Notes: a model not told the origin generated them from the letters alone. Counted from the first letter of the stretch, positions 43,207-63,508 are shown. The stretch is 64,000 nt of DNA from Polyangiaceae bacterium (GCA_050287085.1 JBNKBE010000024.1:30283-94282), one strand, 5' to 3'. Translations and numbers: made by a program.

Positions 43207-43245
43207 CCCCTGGGTGTGCCTCGTGTGCCGCCCGGGAGGCATGCG

Positions 43246-43725
43246 ATGGACTTCACCGATGTTGCGCTCACGGCCCTGCAGGTGGTTTCGCCGGTGCTGG
43301 TCGCTGCGCTGACCTGGGCGGCCGCCAAGCTGGCGAGCCTCATTCGAAGCAAGGTCGACAACGAGTACCTGCGCGGCGTGCTGGTGCGACTGGACGACGC
43401 CGTAGTGACCGCGGTCAAGGACCTGCAGCAGACCGTGGTTGCCGAGATCAAGGCGGCCAGCGCTGACGGCAAGATCAGCGAGGCCGAGAAGCGGCGCATC
43501 AAGGACGCGGCCGTCGCCAACGTGAAGAGCTATCTCGGCGCCAAGGGCATCCGCGTGCTCGCGGAGGTGCTCGGGCTCTCGGGCGGTGCGCTCGACAGCT
43601 TCCTCGGCTCCAAGGTCGAGGCTGCCGTGCATGACCTCCGTCTGACCGAGCGAGCGGTCTCGGCCGCTCCGGCGTCCAAGCCCGCCGAGGAGTCCCCGCG
43701 CCCTTTGGCATCGACGCCAGCCTGA
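43246..43725 (+). CDS. Holin-like membrane protein (LL-H-type pattern), 159 aa
   Basis: Single N-terminal TM followed by AVVTAVKDLQQT..ADGKIS..KDAA..SKVEAAVHDL; SD GGAGG. Confidence 0.65.
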   Translation: MDFTDVALTALQVVSPVLVAALTWAAAKLASLIRSKVDNEYLRGVLVRLDDAVVTAVKDLQQTVVAEIKAASADGKISEAEKRRIKDAAVANVKSYLGAKGIRVLAEVLGLSGGALDSFLGSKVEAAVHDLRLTERAVSAAPASKPAEESPRPLASTPA

Positions 43726-43949
43726 GCCGTGGACTCGATCGGGCTGGCGCGTACTCTCCGGGCCACGGACATCTCGACCTCTTCGGTTACTTGAAGCCGG
43801 ACGCCGCCGGTGGTGGGCTCGACTACGCCCACCGCATCACCGGTGGCCTCTCGGCCTTCGCCCAGGGATGGGGCGGTGTCGCTCGCGATCCGTTCGGTCG
43901 CTGGCAGCCGGACTACGGCGCTCTCGGTGGCCTGCGATGGCGTTGGTGA
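43701..43949 (+). CDS. -1 frameshift extension of the holin-like gene (not in the ORF track)
   Basis: Open -1 frame FGIDASLSRG..GGLRWRW with no ATG/GTG start; slippery C CCT TTG, upstream GAGGAG, downstream hairpin. Confidence 0.7.
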   Translation, partial: PFGIDASLSRGLDRAGAYSPGHGHLDLFGYLKPDAAGGGLDYAHRITGGLSAFAQGWGGVARDPFGRWQPDYGALGGLRWRW

Positions 43950-43961
43950 ACGCATCGCCTC

Positions 43962-43991
43962 GTCCCCACGAAACAGCCGATTCGCTTTGTC
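43962..43991 (+). promoter_or_regulatory. Phage motif GTCCCC-N16-GCTTTGTC ahead of the portal operon
   Basis: Intergenic, exact spacing. Confidence 0.72.
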
Positions 43992-44092
43992 TGTTCGGAG
44001 GCGAGGCGTGCGGCTCGCCAAGGTCCTCCGGTGCAGAAGGTCTCCGAAAAGGCGAGTCGCACGCCGAACCTCCGCTTCCGCCGGAGGACACC

Positions 44093-44298
44093 ATGCAGCG
44101 CGCCGTCAGGCTCTTCGTCATCGCCCAGGACCGAAGCCCCACCGGGCCCCCTCGAGCCGGGGAGACGTTCTCCGTCGAAGCGACCACGACCGACGGGCTG
44201 CGTGATGCGGTGAAGGCCGAGGTCGCGGACCGCGGCCTGCGACTTCGCTCGGTCTCGTTCGGTCCGAAGAACCTCGTCGCCTACGCCGAGGAACCTGC

Positions 44299-44302
<4 letters not shown>
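44093..44302 (+). CDS. Small hypothetical protein (69 aa)
   Basis: SD GGAGG; ATGA overlap with portal. Confidence 0.7.
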
Positions 44303-46106
<1,804 letters not shown>

Positions 46107-46110
<4 letters not shown>

Positions 46111-46364
46111 AGGACGACCCCATGCAGCGGGCGTGGCTCAAGCAAGCCCAGCTCGATGCTGCTCGCGGCGTCATTGCCTGCCGCATGTGCAAGGCCATCC
46201 AGGGGCTCGATGAGACGGTCACCCTCTGGCGAAACGGTGTGCTCGTGTTCGCGGTCTGTGACACCTGCGCCCAGCGGCACGACATCCTGATGTCGCCCGT
46301 CGACGCGGGCATCGAGGTTCGCGCCAGGGCACGTGGACCGCTGGTGATCGGGGGCGCGGCATGA
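46107..46364 (+). CDS. Small Zn-finger protein
   Basis: CRMC..CDTC; coupled on both sides. Confidence 0.65.
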
Positions 46365-46660
46365 GGCTGCAGGTCACGAGCCGCCGTCCCTGCGAGCTCG
46401 AGCGCGGTCAGGCGCGGCGCGTGTCCCAGAACCCGCGCGGCGTGCTCGTCGGCTACCACGTCTGCTGTCCGCGCTGCGGCTACGTGACCGTGGCCCTGCA
46501 CGGAAGCGACGGACTCACGATCACCGAGAGCGACGACCGCACGGAGGTCACGCTCTCCGAGCCGCTGCGGTGCCTCTTCTGCAAAGTCCGCATCGCCGTC
46601 ACGGCGGGCGAGCTACAGCTCATCGAGGACGAGCATGTGCGAGACGTCCGCTATCGTTGA
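46361..46660 (+). CDS. Small Zn-finger protein
   Basis: CPRC..CLFC; coupled. Confidence 0.65.
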   Translation: MRLQVTSRRPCELERGQARRVSQNPRGVLVGYHVCCPRCGYVTVALHGSDGLTITESDDRTEVTLSEPLRCLFCKVRIAVTAGELQLIEDEHVRDVRYR

Positions 46661-47714
46661 CCACGAGCTGGTGGTCGCGGCCCGGCACGCCTCCGACCTG
46701 ATCCTCGGGCGCTACCTCCGTGTGCCTGTCGCCAAGGCCATGAACCTCGGCACGCCCCGCGGTTTCGACCGGGCGGTCGCCGAGCTGGCAGCGGCCCTCC
46801 GGTCGCGCAGCGCTGCCTCCGATGCAGAGGCCGTCCGCAGCGTGATCGGCATCCTCGACGTGGACTGGTTGGGGACCACCGCCGAGCAGCGGCGCAACCT
46901 CGTCGCCCAGGCGATGCAAGCGGCCGGACGAATCACCTCGGCCGTTCCCCGGTCGGTGGAGACCGTCTTCGGGCCGGCCGCCGACGAGGTCGTGGACGCC
47001 ACCCGTACCGCAGCTCGCCGAGGCCAGCGCCTCAACATCGCCGCCGACTTCAACGCACTCGACCGCCGCATCACCGAGCACCTGCGCACGAGCCAGACCA
47101 CCTATGTGCGCGACGAGTACGGGCGACGGAACGCCGCCTTTGGCGAGCGGGCCCGCTCCATCGTCGCGGACGGGCTTGAGAGCGGACTCGGTCGAGATGA
47201 CATCGCCGCCGACCTGCAGGCTGCTGCCGAGGGCATCCTCACCGGCCGGGGCCAGTTCTACTGGGAGGTGGTTGCCGGCTCCTTCATCTCTCAGGGGCGG
47301 TCGTTCGCGCAGCTTTCGGCCTACGCCGAGGCCGGTATCGAGCGCTACCTCATCGAGGCGGTGCTGGACGAGCGCACCACTGAGATCTGCCGCTTCCTGC
47401 ACGGCAAGAGCTTCACCGTGGGCGCGGGTCTGCGGACCTTCGAGCGCATGGAGGCCGATCCGGAGTCAGTGCCCGCCGTCGCCCCCTGGGTGCGCGAGGC
47501 CGTCGACCCGGATACCGGGGGGAAGGTGCTGTTCGTGGACAGCGGCGGTCAGCGCACAGCGGTCGCCGAGGTGACCCGCTCGGGCTTCGGCAGCCGCGAC
47601 GACCGGGGCGAGTTTGGGCGGTCTCTTTCCGAGCAACAGCTCCTCGACCTCGGCATCAGCTTCCCGCCGTACCACGGCCTCTGCCGCACGACGACGGTCG
47701 CCGACGTACGGTAG
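46635..47714 (+). CDS. Head morphogenesis protein (MuF / SPP1 gp7)
   Basis: AVLDERTTEICRFLHGK and PPYHGLCRTT motifs. Confidence 0.85.
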   Translation: MCETSAIVDHELVVAARHASDLILGRYLRVPVAKAMNLGTPRGFDRAVAELAAALRSRSAASDAEAVRSVIGILDVDWLGTTAEQRRNLVAQAMQAAGRITSAVPRSVETVFGPAADEVVDATRTAARRGQRLNIAADFNALDRRITEHLRTSQTTYVRDEYGRRNAAFGERARSIVADGLESGLGRDDIAADLQAAAEGILTGRGQFYWEVVAGSFISQGRSFAQLSAYAEAGIERYLIEAVLDERTTEICRFLHGKSFTVGAGLRTFERMEADPESVPAVAPWVREAVDPDTGGKVLFVDSGGQRTAVAEVTRSGFGSRDDRGEFGRSLSEQQLLDLGISFPPYHGLCRTTTVADVR

Positions 47715-47716
47715 TT

Positions 47717-47746
47717 GTCCCCAAAACGCAGGTCCCTGGCTTTGCC
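47717..47746 (+). promoter_or_regulatory. Phage motif GTCCCC-N16-GCTTTGCC ahead of the head operon
   Basis: Intergenic, exact spacing. Confidence 0.75.
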
Positions 47747-47763
47747 CCTTCGGAGGTCCAGCC

Positions 47764-48037
47764 TTGGCCAGGGAACGTGCATCGACAGAGCGAGCGGCCG
47801 ACGCCGCGAACGAGCTGAAGGCGATCCGGGAACGGGTCGTCGCCCTCGAGAAGCGTCTGCGCGATGAGGCCTCGCCCGAGGCGGTCGCCGAGCTGCAGAA
47901 GGAGGTCGAGTCGCTGACGCGCGTGCTCACGGAGCTCGCCGAGGCACCTCCAACCGCTTCTCCTGAGCCCTGGCCCCGAGACCTCAACAGCCAAGCCGCC
48001 GATGCGACCTGGGGCGGCGACCCGGAGGGCCTCCGCG

Positions 48038-48045
<8 letters not shown>
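47764..48045 (+). CDS. Small coiled-coil protein ending in WPRDLN motif
   Basis: SD GGAGG + TTG start; heptad pattern. Confidence 0.6.
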
Positions 48046-50460
<2,415 letters not shown>

Positions 50461-50461
<1 letters not shown>

Positions 50462-51312
50462 TGGCTGCTGGCAAAGCCCAGAGCGCGGTCCATCGGCTCC
50501 TCGACATGGTCGTCGAGGAGGTTTCGCTCGTCGACCGCGCTGCCAATCAACACCGCTTTCTCATCGTGAAGAGGAGTGAACCCATGGATCAAGACACCGC
50601 TGCTGCGGCCGACGCCACCGAGACGCCGCGCGACACCGAGCCGGCACCCCCGGACACCGACGAGACCGTCGTCGACCTCAACGATCTGCCGGACGACGAC
50701 GGCGATGACGTCGTCGAGACCAAGGCCCTGGATGGGAGTCCGTCGGCCCTCATCCTCGCGACCCAGGCACTCGAAGCACTGACCGAAGCCGTCGAGGTGC
50801 TCGGCACCGTCTCCGAGGAGGAGGCCCGCGCCCGCGTGGCCGAGCTCGCCCGCGAGCTTCACATGGTCGCGACCCGACTCGGGGGAGCCATGAACGTTGG
50901 CGAGATGCCGGCACCTCCGGCGGCGGACACCGCTCCCGACCTCGGCAGCGTCGTCGCCTCGGTCCGCAGCGTGCTCGAGCGCGTCGGCCAGATGATCACC
51001 CAGCCCGCACCCGGCGCCACGCCCGTCGAAGGGAAGCAGCCGGATGCAGCCAAGGCAAACGATGCGTCGGATGCCGTGGCGGCGAAGCTCGACAGCGTCG
51101 TCACCGAGCTGCGGGCCATCGGCGAGACCGTGAAGGCGCAGCAGCAACGGCTCGCTCGCATGGAGAAGCGCTTCGGTCTGCCCAACAGCGCGCCCATCGG
51201 GGAGCGCCCGACTCGGGCCGAAGACGAAGCCGACGTCGGCTGGCCTCTGGACCTCAACCGCAGCCTCGACCGCGAAAGCGTCGACAAGGCGATCTCGTTC
51301 CACGACGTGTGA
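50461..51312 (+). CDS. Scaffold-like protein with N-terminal protease strand ([10 protein letters not shown])
   Basis: [19 protein letters not shown]; helical/coiled-coil body; C-term WPLDLN; lies between protease and capsid. Confidence 0.7.
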
Positions 51313-51339
51313 GCGCCCGCGATCACCAAGGAGAAGAAC

Positions 51340-52278
<939 letters not shown>

Positions 52279-52295
52279 TGGGGAGGACCTGAGCC

Positions 52296-52676
<381 letters not shown>

Positions 52677-52677
52677 C

Positions 52678-53313
52678 GTGTACGCGAGCGTGGCCGACCT
52701 CCGCGACGAAGGCGTGTCCGTGGCTCAGGCCTCGGATGCACGCCTTCTTGCGCTCATCGACGAGGCAGATCGCGCCATCGACTCGTTCACCGGCTGGTTC
52801 TTCGAGCCTCGCACGCTGGCGCTACGCCTCGACGGTCGCGGCACCCCGAGCATCGAGCCGCCGGTGCCGCCCATCGAGCTCACCCAGCTCTCGGTGGGAG
52901 GCAGTGACGTGTCGTTCGCGCCGGACGACCTCGTGGTCGTTGGTGCGCCGGTTCAGCCGGGATTCGACGGGCCGCGGCTGACTCGCACCCGCGGCCGTGT
53001 GTTTCCAAAGGCTGTCGGCAACGTCGAGGCCGCCGGCACCTGGGGCTACACCGAGGAGGACGTCACGCCACAGGGCCGCACGCCCACCGAGATCCGTCGC
53101 GCCTGCATGCTGCTGGTGCTGCGTTGGCTTTCGCCGCTGGGCACCGACGATGCCGAGGCCCGCAACCGCTGGCGCATCATCGAGGAGCGCACCCGCGATC
53201 AGAGCTACAAGCTCGACCGCGTTTCGGGAGGTGGCAGCACCTTCACCGGCGACCCCGACATCGACCGCATCGTCGCTCGCTATCGGCGACCGCCAGGACT
53301 GGGGGCTGCGTGA
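52678..53313 (+). CDS. Head-tail adaptor (gp6-like)
   Basis: [29 protein letters not shown] pattern. Confidence 0.72.
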   Translation: MYASVADLRDEGVSVAQASDARLLALIDEADRAIDSFTGWFFEPRTLALRLDGRGTPSIEPPVPPIELTQLSVGGSDVSFAPDDLVVVGAPVQPGFDGPRLTRTRGRVFPKAVGNVEAAGTWGYTEEDVTPQGRTPTEIRRACMLLVLRWLSPLGTDDAEARNRWRIIEERTRDQSYKLDRVSGGGSTFTGDPDIDRIVARYRRPPGLGAA

Positions 53314-53849
53314 TGCGTGGTCGGCTCATCTTTCCATTCCTGGCCGAGCTCCACCGTCTCGACACGGCGGGCACCGCCGCCACCGACCCGGACGGCGCGG
53401 GACCGCTCACCTCGGGCTACGACCCCGACTTCAAGGAGCCGGTGGGCGTCGACTCGAACGATGACGGCATCGGCGAGCCCGTGCGCGTGGAGCATCCGGC
53501 CGTTCGCGTGCCCTGTCAGGTCGAGCCCAAGACCTTCGAGGAGCTGCGCATGTTCGCGGCCGGCAACTCGCCGCGCTCGCGCGTCGAGCTGGTGTTTCAC
53601 TTCCGCGACCTCGAGCAGCTCGGTCTCGTCGATGCGCCCACGGGAGAAGCCCTGGTGCGCCCCGGCGATCGCCTCGGTGCCCTGTACGACAAGGCCGGTG
53701 CGCTGGTGCAGGCAGTTCGCACCCCTCCGGGGCTGTACGTCAGCGAGGCGCGACCGATCGGCTTCGGCCTTCATCGCCAGCGCCCCAGCCGAAACTTGCT
53801 GCTGGTCGCCTTCGAAGACCGACAGCTCGCCGCCGGGAGGGCCGCATGA
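53313..53849 (+). CDS. Putative head-closure protein
   Basis: TGATG coupling; synteny. Confidence 0.55.
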   Translation: MRGRLIFPFLAELHRLDTAGTAATDPDGAGPLTSGYDPDFKEPVGVDSNDDGIGEPVRVEHPAVRVPCQVEPKTFEELRMFAAGNSPRSRVELVFHFRDLEQLGLVDAPTGEALVRPGDRLGALYDKAGALVQAVRTPPGLYVSEARPIGFGLHRQRPSRNLLLVAFEDRQLAAGRAA

Positions 53850-54439
53850 GCGTCCAGAAGACCGGTGACTGGGCGGTTGCGCGCCGCATCCTGCGGGCGG
53901 GTCCGATCCGCTTCAAGGCCGCGGTCGGCACCGCACTCCGGCAGGAGGCACAGCTCCTTCGCAACGAGATCGTCCAGGGCATCACCAAGCAGGCTCCGGG
54001 GGGCGAGGCACTCGCGCCACCGAGTCCGCTCACGCTCGCCGCTCGCGAGCTCAAGGGTCGCGGCGGCACCAAGGCACTGCTCGTCAAGGGCGACCTGCGC
54101 AACTCGGTCGCCGCCATCGTCAAGGGCGACGAGGCCTTCATCGGCGTGCCGCGCAAGGCACGAGCGCAAGGCGGCAAGGCGCTGGTCGACGTCGCCCAGG
54201 TCCAGGAGTTCGGCAAGGGGCCCATCATCGTGCCGATGACGCCGGCAATGCGCCGGTTCCTGTTCGCGCTGCTGCGCAAGGCCGGCGAGGAGCCCAAGGG
54301 CGGCTCCAGCAAGGGCGTCGTGATCATCAACGTGCCGGCGCGGCCGTTCCTGCGCCCGGCGTTCAAGAAGTTCTCGCAGGGATCGCAGGCGCGATTCCTC
54401 GCGCTGGTTGCTGCGCTGAGCGGCTTGGGAGGTCGGTAA
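53846..54439 (+). CDS. Neck / virion morphogenesis protein (HK97 gp10 / Mu gpG-like)
   Basis: [26 protein letters not shown]. Confidence 0.75.
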   Translation: MSVQKTGDWAVARRILRAGPIRFKAAVGTALRQEAQLLRNEIVQGITKQAPGGEALAPPSPLTLAARELKGRGGTKALLVKGDLRNSVAAIVKGDEAFIGVPRKARAQGGKALVDVAQVQEFGKGPIIVPMTPAMRRFLFALLRKAGEEPKGGSSKGVVIINVPARPFLRPAFKKFSQGSQARFLALVAALSGLGGR

Positions 54440-55353
54440 TGGCTGTTCCGACGATCACCTCCGTGACGCCCAGCGCCGGCCCGGCTGCCGGCGGCGACCT
54501 CGTGCGCGTCACGGGGATCGACTTCTCTGCGGCCGTCGAGGTGTTGTTCGACGGCGTGCTCGCCACGGTCGAGTCGCTGCGGAATGAGGCCGGGGTCGGC
54601 ATCGCCGACGTCCGCACGCCTGCCCATGCCGACGGGAGCGTCGACGTCACCGTCCGCAATTTCGACGCGGGCGGCGTGCCCGTGCCCGGCGAAGAGGCGA
54701 CACTCGCAGCAGCGTATCGGTTCCTCCGGGCCCGCATCGCCGAGGAGTCGAACCTCACCCGCATTGTCCGAGAGCTGCTTCAGCGGCTCAGGAGAGAGGT
54801 GCTGGACGCCACCAGTATCTCGGTGTCGGTCGACTACGACGACACTGTCATCGACGGGGTGAACGTCATCGCGCTCGCGCAGCTTCCCGCGGTGGTCCTC
54901 TCCGGTCCCCGCATCGACGAGAACCGCTTCTTCTCCAGCAACGTGCCCCACGAGGATGCGGTCGCGGGAAGCGCTGGCCCCGAGCTTCTGCGCCGGCGTC
55001 CGCCGTTCACTGTGGACCTCGAGTTCACCATCACCGGTGCGTCGAGCCGGACAGTGGAGCTGCTCAACCTGATGGCCGCCGTGGCGACCTTCCTCAATCG
55101 CACGCGCTGGCTCGAGCTGCTCCGCGACCCGGCCGAGACAGCCAAGGGCACCGTTCGCTGGGAGATGGATCCGCAGGGCGAGTACCGCACGCGCCTCGAC
55201 GGACCCGACGACGTTCGCGCGTTCACCTGCGGCTTCGTCGTTCGCGGCTTCGACATCGACGAGGGGCTGCCGCTCGACCTCGGCAAGGCGGTCGACACGG
55301 CCGAGCTCGAGACCGAGGCCATCGCGCCGGCCCTCCCGGGAGGTGGACCGTGA
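54439..55353 (+). CDS. IPT/TIG Ig-domain protein fused to tail-terminator-like domain
   Basis: PTITSVTPSAGPAAGG..VTG..VLFDG..TPAHADGSVDVTV IPT signature; C-term VDLEFTIT. Confidence 0.7.
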   Translation: MAVPTITSVTPSAGPAAGGDLVRVTGIDFSAAVEVLFDGVLATVESLRNEAGVGIADVRTPAHADGSVDVTVRNFDAGGVPVPGEEATLAAAYRFLRARIAEESNLTRIVRELLQRLRREVLDATSISVSVDYDDTVIDGVNVIALAQLPAVVLSGPRIDENRFFSSNVPHEDAVAGSAGPELLRRRPPFTVDLEFTITGASSRTVELLNLMAAVATFLNRTRWLELLRDPAETAKGTVRWEMDPQGEYRTRLDGPDDVRAFTCGFVVRGFDIDEGLPLDLGKAVDTAELETEAIAPALPGGGP

Positions 55354-55679
55354 CCGTGATTCTCATCAACCGCGCCCGGCGCATGAAGGTCTTCACCCTG
55401 GCGCACGCCACCTACTGCGAAGCGCTGGGGAGCTGCGGCTGCACCGTCGTCGAAAGGCGTTCGGGACGGAGGGTGGCGCAGTCGCTGACGCTCGCCGCCG
55501 GCGCTCGAAGTACGGAGCTTCCCGAGGCCGTGCTCAAGCTCGGTGACGTCATCCGTGCCGTGGCCTCCGGTGAGCTGGGTGTCGAGCGCATGGTGCCCAA
55601 GCCCAAGCCGCGCATCAGCAATACCGAGCGTTCCTCCTTCGAGAGCCGCCGGACCAGACCACGAAAGGGATCGAGGTAG
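55350..55679 (+). CDS. Hypothetical protein
   Basis: GTGA coupling; precedes the sheath. Confidence 0.6.
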   Translation: MTVILINRARRMKVFTLAHATYCEALGSCGCTVVERRSGRRVAQSLTLAAGARSTELPEAVLKLGDVIRAVASGELGVERMVPKPKPRISNTERSSFESRRTRPRKGSR

Positions 55680-55682
55680 ACC

Positions 55683-57905
<2,223 letters not shown>

Positions 57906-57919
57906 GGTAGGAGGAAACC

Positions 57920-58381
57920 ATGGCGGTCATCGGCAATCCCCGCAGCTTCCACAAGAAGTTCAAGTTCATCGTCGAGATCGACGACATCGGCCACGCCGGC
58001 TTTCAGAAGTGCAGCGAGCTCTCGGTCGAGGTCGCCAACGTGCAGTACTTCGAGGGCGGCTCGCTCATCCCCAACAAGAGCCCGGGCCGCCTGACCTTCG
58101 CCGACGTCACCCTCGAGCGCGGCGCCACTCAGGATCGGGACCTCTTCGACTGGTTCCAGGACGTGGCGATCACCTCGAGCGGCCTCGGCCTCAACGACGT
58201 CTTCTACAAGCGCAACCTCGACATCGTGCAGCAGGACCGCGACGGCACCACCCTGCGCCGCTGGTCGCTCTCCCGCACCTGGCCCGTGAAGTTCGTCGCT
58301 GGCGACTGGGACAACGAAGCCGACGAGAACGTCATCGAGTCGGTCACGCTGACCTACGACTTCTTCGAGCTGGTGCAGTAG
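57920..58381 (+). CDS. Tail tube protein (T4 gp19 / CIS Afp1-5-like)
   Basis: [50 protein letters not shown]. Confidence 0.9.
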   Translation: MAVIGNPRSFHKKFKFIVEIDDIGHAGFQKCSELSVEVANVQYFEGGSLIPNKSPGRLTFADVTLERGATQDRDLFDWFQDVAITSSGLGLNDVFYKRNLDIVQQDRDGTTLRRWSLSRTWPVKFVAGDWDNEADENVIESVTLTYDFFELVQ

Positions 58382-58396
58382 GCGGAAATCACTGGG

Positions 58397-58452
58397 GCTT
58401 TACTAAATTCGGCATTTTGCGCCGGCGGTAAAGCTGGCGAATTTAGTGAAGC
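58397..58452. repeat. 56-bp element with 15-bp terminal inverted repeats flanked by ACTGGG direct repeats (MITE-like scar / bidirectional terminator)
   Basis: GCTTTACTAAATTCG..CGAATTTAGTGAAGC; ACTGGG at 58391 and 58453. Confidence 0.55.
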
Positions 58453-58460
58453 ACTGGGCT

Positions 58461-59591
58461 TCAGAGTGGGACTCCAAGGACGCCGTTCGGAAACGCGACG
58501 AGCGCCGCGCCCCCTTCGACTGCGCTTCGGGCCAGACGGGAATCGGCAAGCACCGACGAAATTCGCCGATGAAGCCCGTCCGTTTCTCCTGCCAGGAGCT
58601 CTTTGGCCACGCTCGCCAGCAACCCCACTCGTAAACCCAACACTTCACCAAGAAAGAAGACCCGTTCTCCGTGCACCTCTTCGAAGTCCGCGTCCGGTGG
58701 GATGAGCGGGCGAATGTCCCTGCGCAGGAACGGGGTCACCCATCCGTGACCCAGAAACTGGAGGACCTTGCAGTACGAGGCAAGGACGATGCCGTCGGCA
58801 TCGAGTGGGACCGGAAGCGGATCAGCATCACCCTCAGGATCCTCGACGTGGACCCCTGTATCGGTCGTCGCATTCCTAACGGCATCCGATTCCAACCGAA
58901 TCGTTGTTGCGAATGCAATGCGTCCTTCGACGGAGCGCATGGGGAGCCCCACCGGATTCACGTTCTGGACCTGCTTCTTAGCCTTCGCACGCTCGGCTGC
59001 GGATACCGCTGACGGTGGCCCGATGGCTCCCTTCGACTCGGCGATTACAACCTCACCCGTCCTCGACAGACAGAAGTAGTCCGGACGGAGTTCGCCGTGC
59101 TGGCCGGCCATTGTGAGTGATGCTCGGTGGTACGGGCTGGCTGGGTCAGCGAGTGCTGCACCGATGAACGGTCCCGCGTCGGCGATGTGTACGACGTCGA
59201 AGTCACGCCAGAGCAGCCATGCCGCTAGCCCCATGCCGAGTCGCTCTCCGAACAGACCCTTGACCCGCGAATCCCAGGATGCGGCGTCATCGATCAGCCG
59301 GAGCGAACCAGGGCGTGTGGCGAAGGAGTCCAAGTGCTCGACAAGAAATCCCCACGCGCTGAGGTCGTTGGGCGAGGTAGAGGGTGCCTGAGCGATACCG
59401 GCGCAGAAGAGGAGATCGCGCAGCACAGCGCGGGAGGTCCAGCGCGATGGGTGATTCGGGCAAGCCGATGGGTGCACCCCGAACGACATGGTCGTGACCC
59501 CAGCCGACCAACTCGCGTAGGGCAGCGAAAATGGCGGGTGCAGCCCCAGCCAGGGCAGAAACCAGGGGTGAGTCATTATTCGCACGGGCAC
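58461..59591 (-). CDS. Moron: PD-(D/E)XK nuclease-like protein inserted antisense in the tail operon
   Basis: GERLG..RPDY..VIAESKG; own SD GGAGG; codon usage less G/C-ending than its neighbours. Confidence 0.65.
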   Translation of the reverse strand: MPVRIMTHPWFLPWLGLHPPFSLPYASWSAGVTTMSFGVHPSACPNHPSRWTSRAVLRDLLFCAGIAQAPSTSPNDLSAWGFLVEHLDSFATRPGSLRLIDDAASWDSRVKGLFGERLGMGLAAWLLWRDFDVVHIADAGPFIGAALADPASPYHRASLTMAGQHGELRPDYFCLSRTGEVVIAESKGAIGPPSAVSAAERAKAKKQVQNVNPVGLPMRSVEGRIAFATTIRLESDAVRNATTDTGVHVEDPEGDADPLPVPLDADGIVLASYCKVLQFLGHGWVTPFLRRDIRPLIPPDADFEEVHGERVFFLGEVLGLRVGLLASVAKELLAGETDGLHRRISSVLADSRLARSAVEGGAALVAFPNGVLGVPL

Positions 59592-59661
59592 CGCGACGAT
59601 CCTCCACCCGTTCTTTTCGCATGCGAAGGACTTCTACTCCAGAACCGCGTGTTGCGGTCCT

Positions 59662-59691
59662 GTCCCCACCCCTGATGCCGGGCGCTTTGCC
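59662..59691 (+). promoter_or_regulatory. Phage motif GTCCCC-N16-GCTTTGCC re-starting the tail operon
   Basis: Intergenic, exact spacing, about 35 nt before ATG 59727. Confidence 0.75.
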
Positions 59692-59726
59692 TCCCTGGGA
59701 GACCCATCTCCAGGAGGTGCGCGCCG

Positions 59727-60500
59727 ATGTCCGAGATCATCACCTGCCCGTCGGGGCTCAGTGGCCGAATCCGCGGCATGAAGGTCCGCGAGGAGCGGGT
59801 CCTTGCCGATCGGCGGCTCGCGAAGTCCGGCGGCCAGGTGGACGAGCTGCTCGCCGCCTGCTGGGAGGAGACGCTCGACGCGGGGCCCTACGACTTCGGC
59901 GAGAAGCCCATCGACTGGGGCGTGGTGCTCCAGGGCGATCGGTTCTATGCGCTGCTCCAGATCCGCGCGCTCACCTATGGCCCGACCTACGCCTTCGCGG
60001 TGAACTGTCAGAGCGAGGCCTGCCGGGCGCGCATCGAGTGGGAGTTGGACCTCGCCGAGCTGCCGTGCCGACCTCTCTCGGAGGAGAGCCGAGCTGCGCT
60101 GCTCGCGGGGAATCGCTTCGAGACCACACTGCCCGACGCGGGCAAGCGGGTCTGGTTTCGGCTGCTGACCGGCGCCGATGAACGCAAGCTGCCGCAGCTC
60201 CGGCGCAACGCGGGCGACCAGCTCTTGTCGGCGATGCTCGCCTTCCGGGTGCTCGAGGTCGAAGGCGTCGAGGCGCGCGACAAGAAGAAGTTCATCGAGG
60301 ACTTGAGCCTGCGGGAAGCCGACTTCCTGGTCGACGAGTTCGATCGGGTCGACTGCGGCGTCGACACCGGCATCGAGATCGAGTGCCCCGAGTGCTTCGC
60401 CACCCAGGAGGTCGACCTCCCTTTCGATCGGACCTTCTTCATGCCCGGCAAGGAGAGGGCGGCGCGTCGCCGGGGCCGCACGAACTCTTTCCAGGGGTAG
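59727..60500 (+). CDS. Tail assembly chaperone / T4 gp26-gp51-like protein
   Basis: [43 protein letters not shown]; between tube and TMP. Confidence 0.72.
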   Translation: MSEIITCPSGLSGRIRGMKVREERVLADRRLAKSGGQVDELLAACWEETLDAGPYDFGEKPIDWGVVLQGDRFYALLQIRALTYGPTYAFAVNCQSEACRARIEWELDLAELPCRPLSEESRAALLAGNRFETTLPDAGKRVWFRLLTGADERKLPQLRRNAGDQLLSAMLAFRVLEVEGVEARDKKKFIEDLSLREADFLVDEFDRVDCGVDTGIEIECPECFATQEVDLPFDRTFFMPGKERAARRRGRTNSFQG

Positions 60501-60691
60501 ACCTCGATGGCTGGCGCGAGGGCATCTTCCAGATGTGCTGGCGACAGCACGGAGGCTCGGGCCTCGGGGCGAGCCTGTCGGAGGTGCTCACCATGACCAC
60601 CGCCGACCGGGATTGGTTCCTCGAGCGCATCGGCCAGCAACGCTCGCGCGAAGCCAAGGAGATCGAGAAGGCCGGAAAGCGGAGGTCGTAG
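60482..60691 (+). CDS. Second chaperone ORF in the -1 frame (G/GT-type extension)
   Basis: [36 protein letters not shown]; overlaps the end of the previous gene, weak own start. Confidence 0.6.
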   Translation, partial: ELFPGVDLDGWREGIFQMCWRQHGGSGLGASLSEVLTMTTADRDWFLERIGQQRSREAKEIEKAGKRRS

Positions 60692-60694
60692 GCC

Positions 60695-63508
<2,814 letters not shown>

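Noticed and set aside
43692..43709. GTCCCC..CTTTGG inside the holin gene as another promoter-motif copy
   Set aside because: Spacer is only about 4-5 nt rather than 16-17, and the second box differs; it is explained by the frameshift site.
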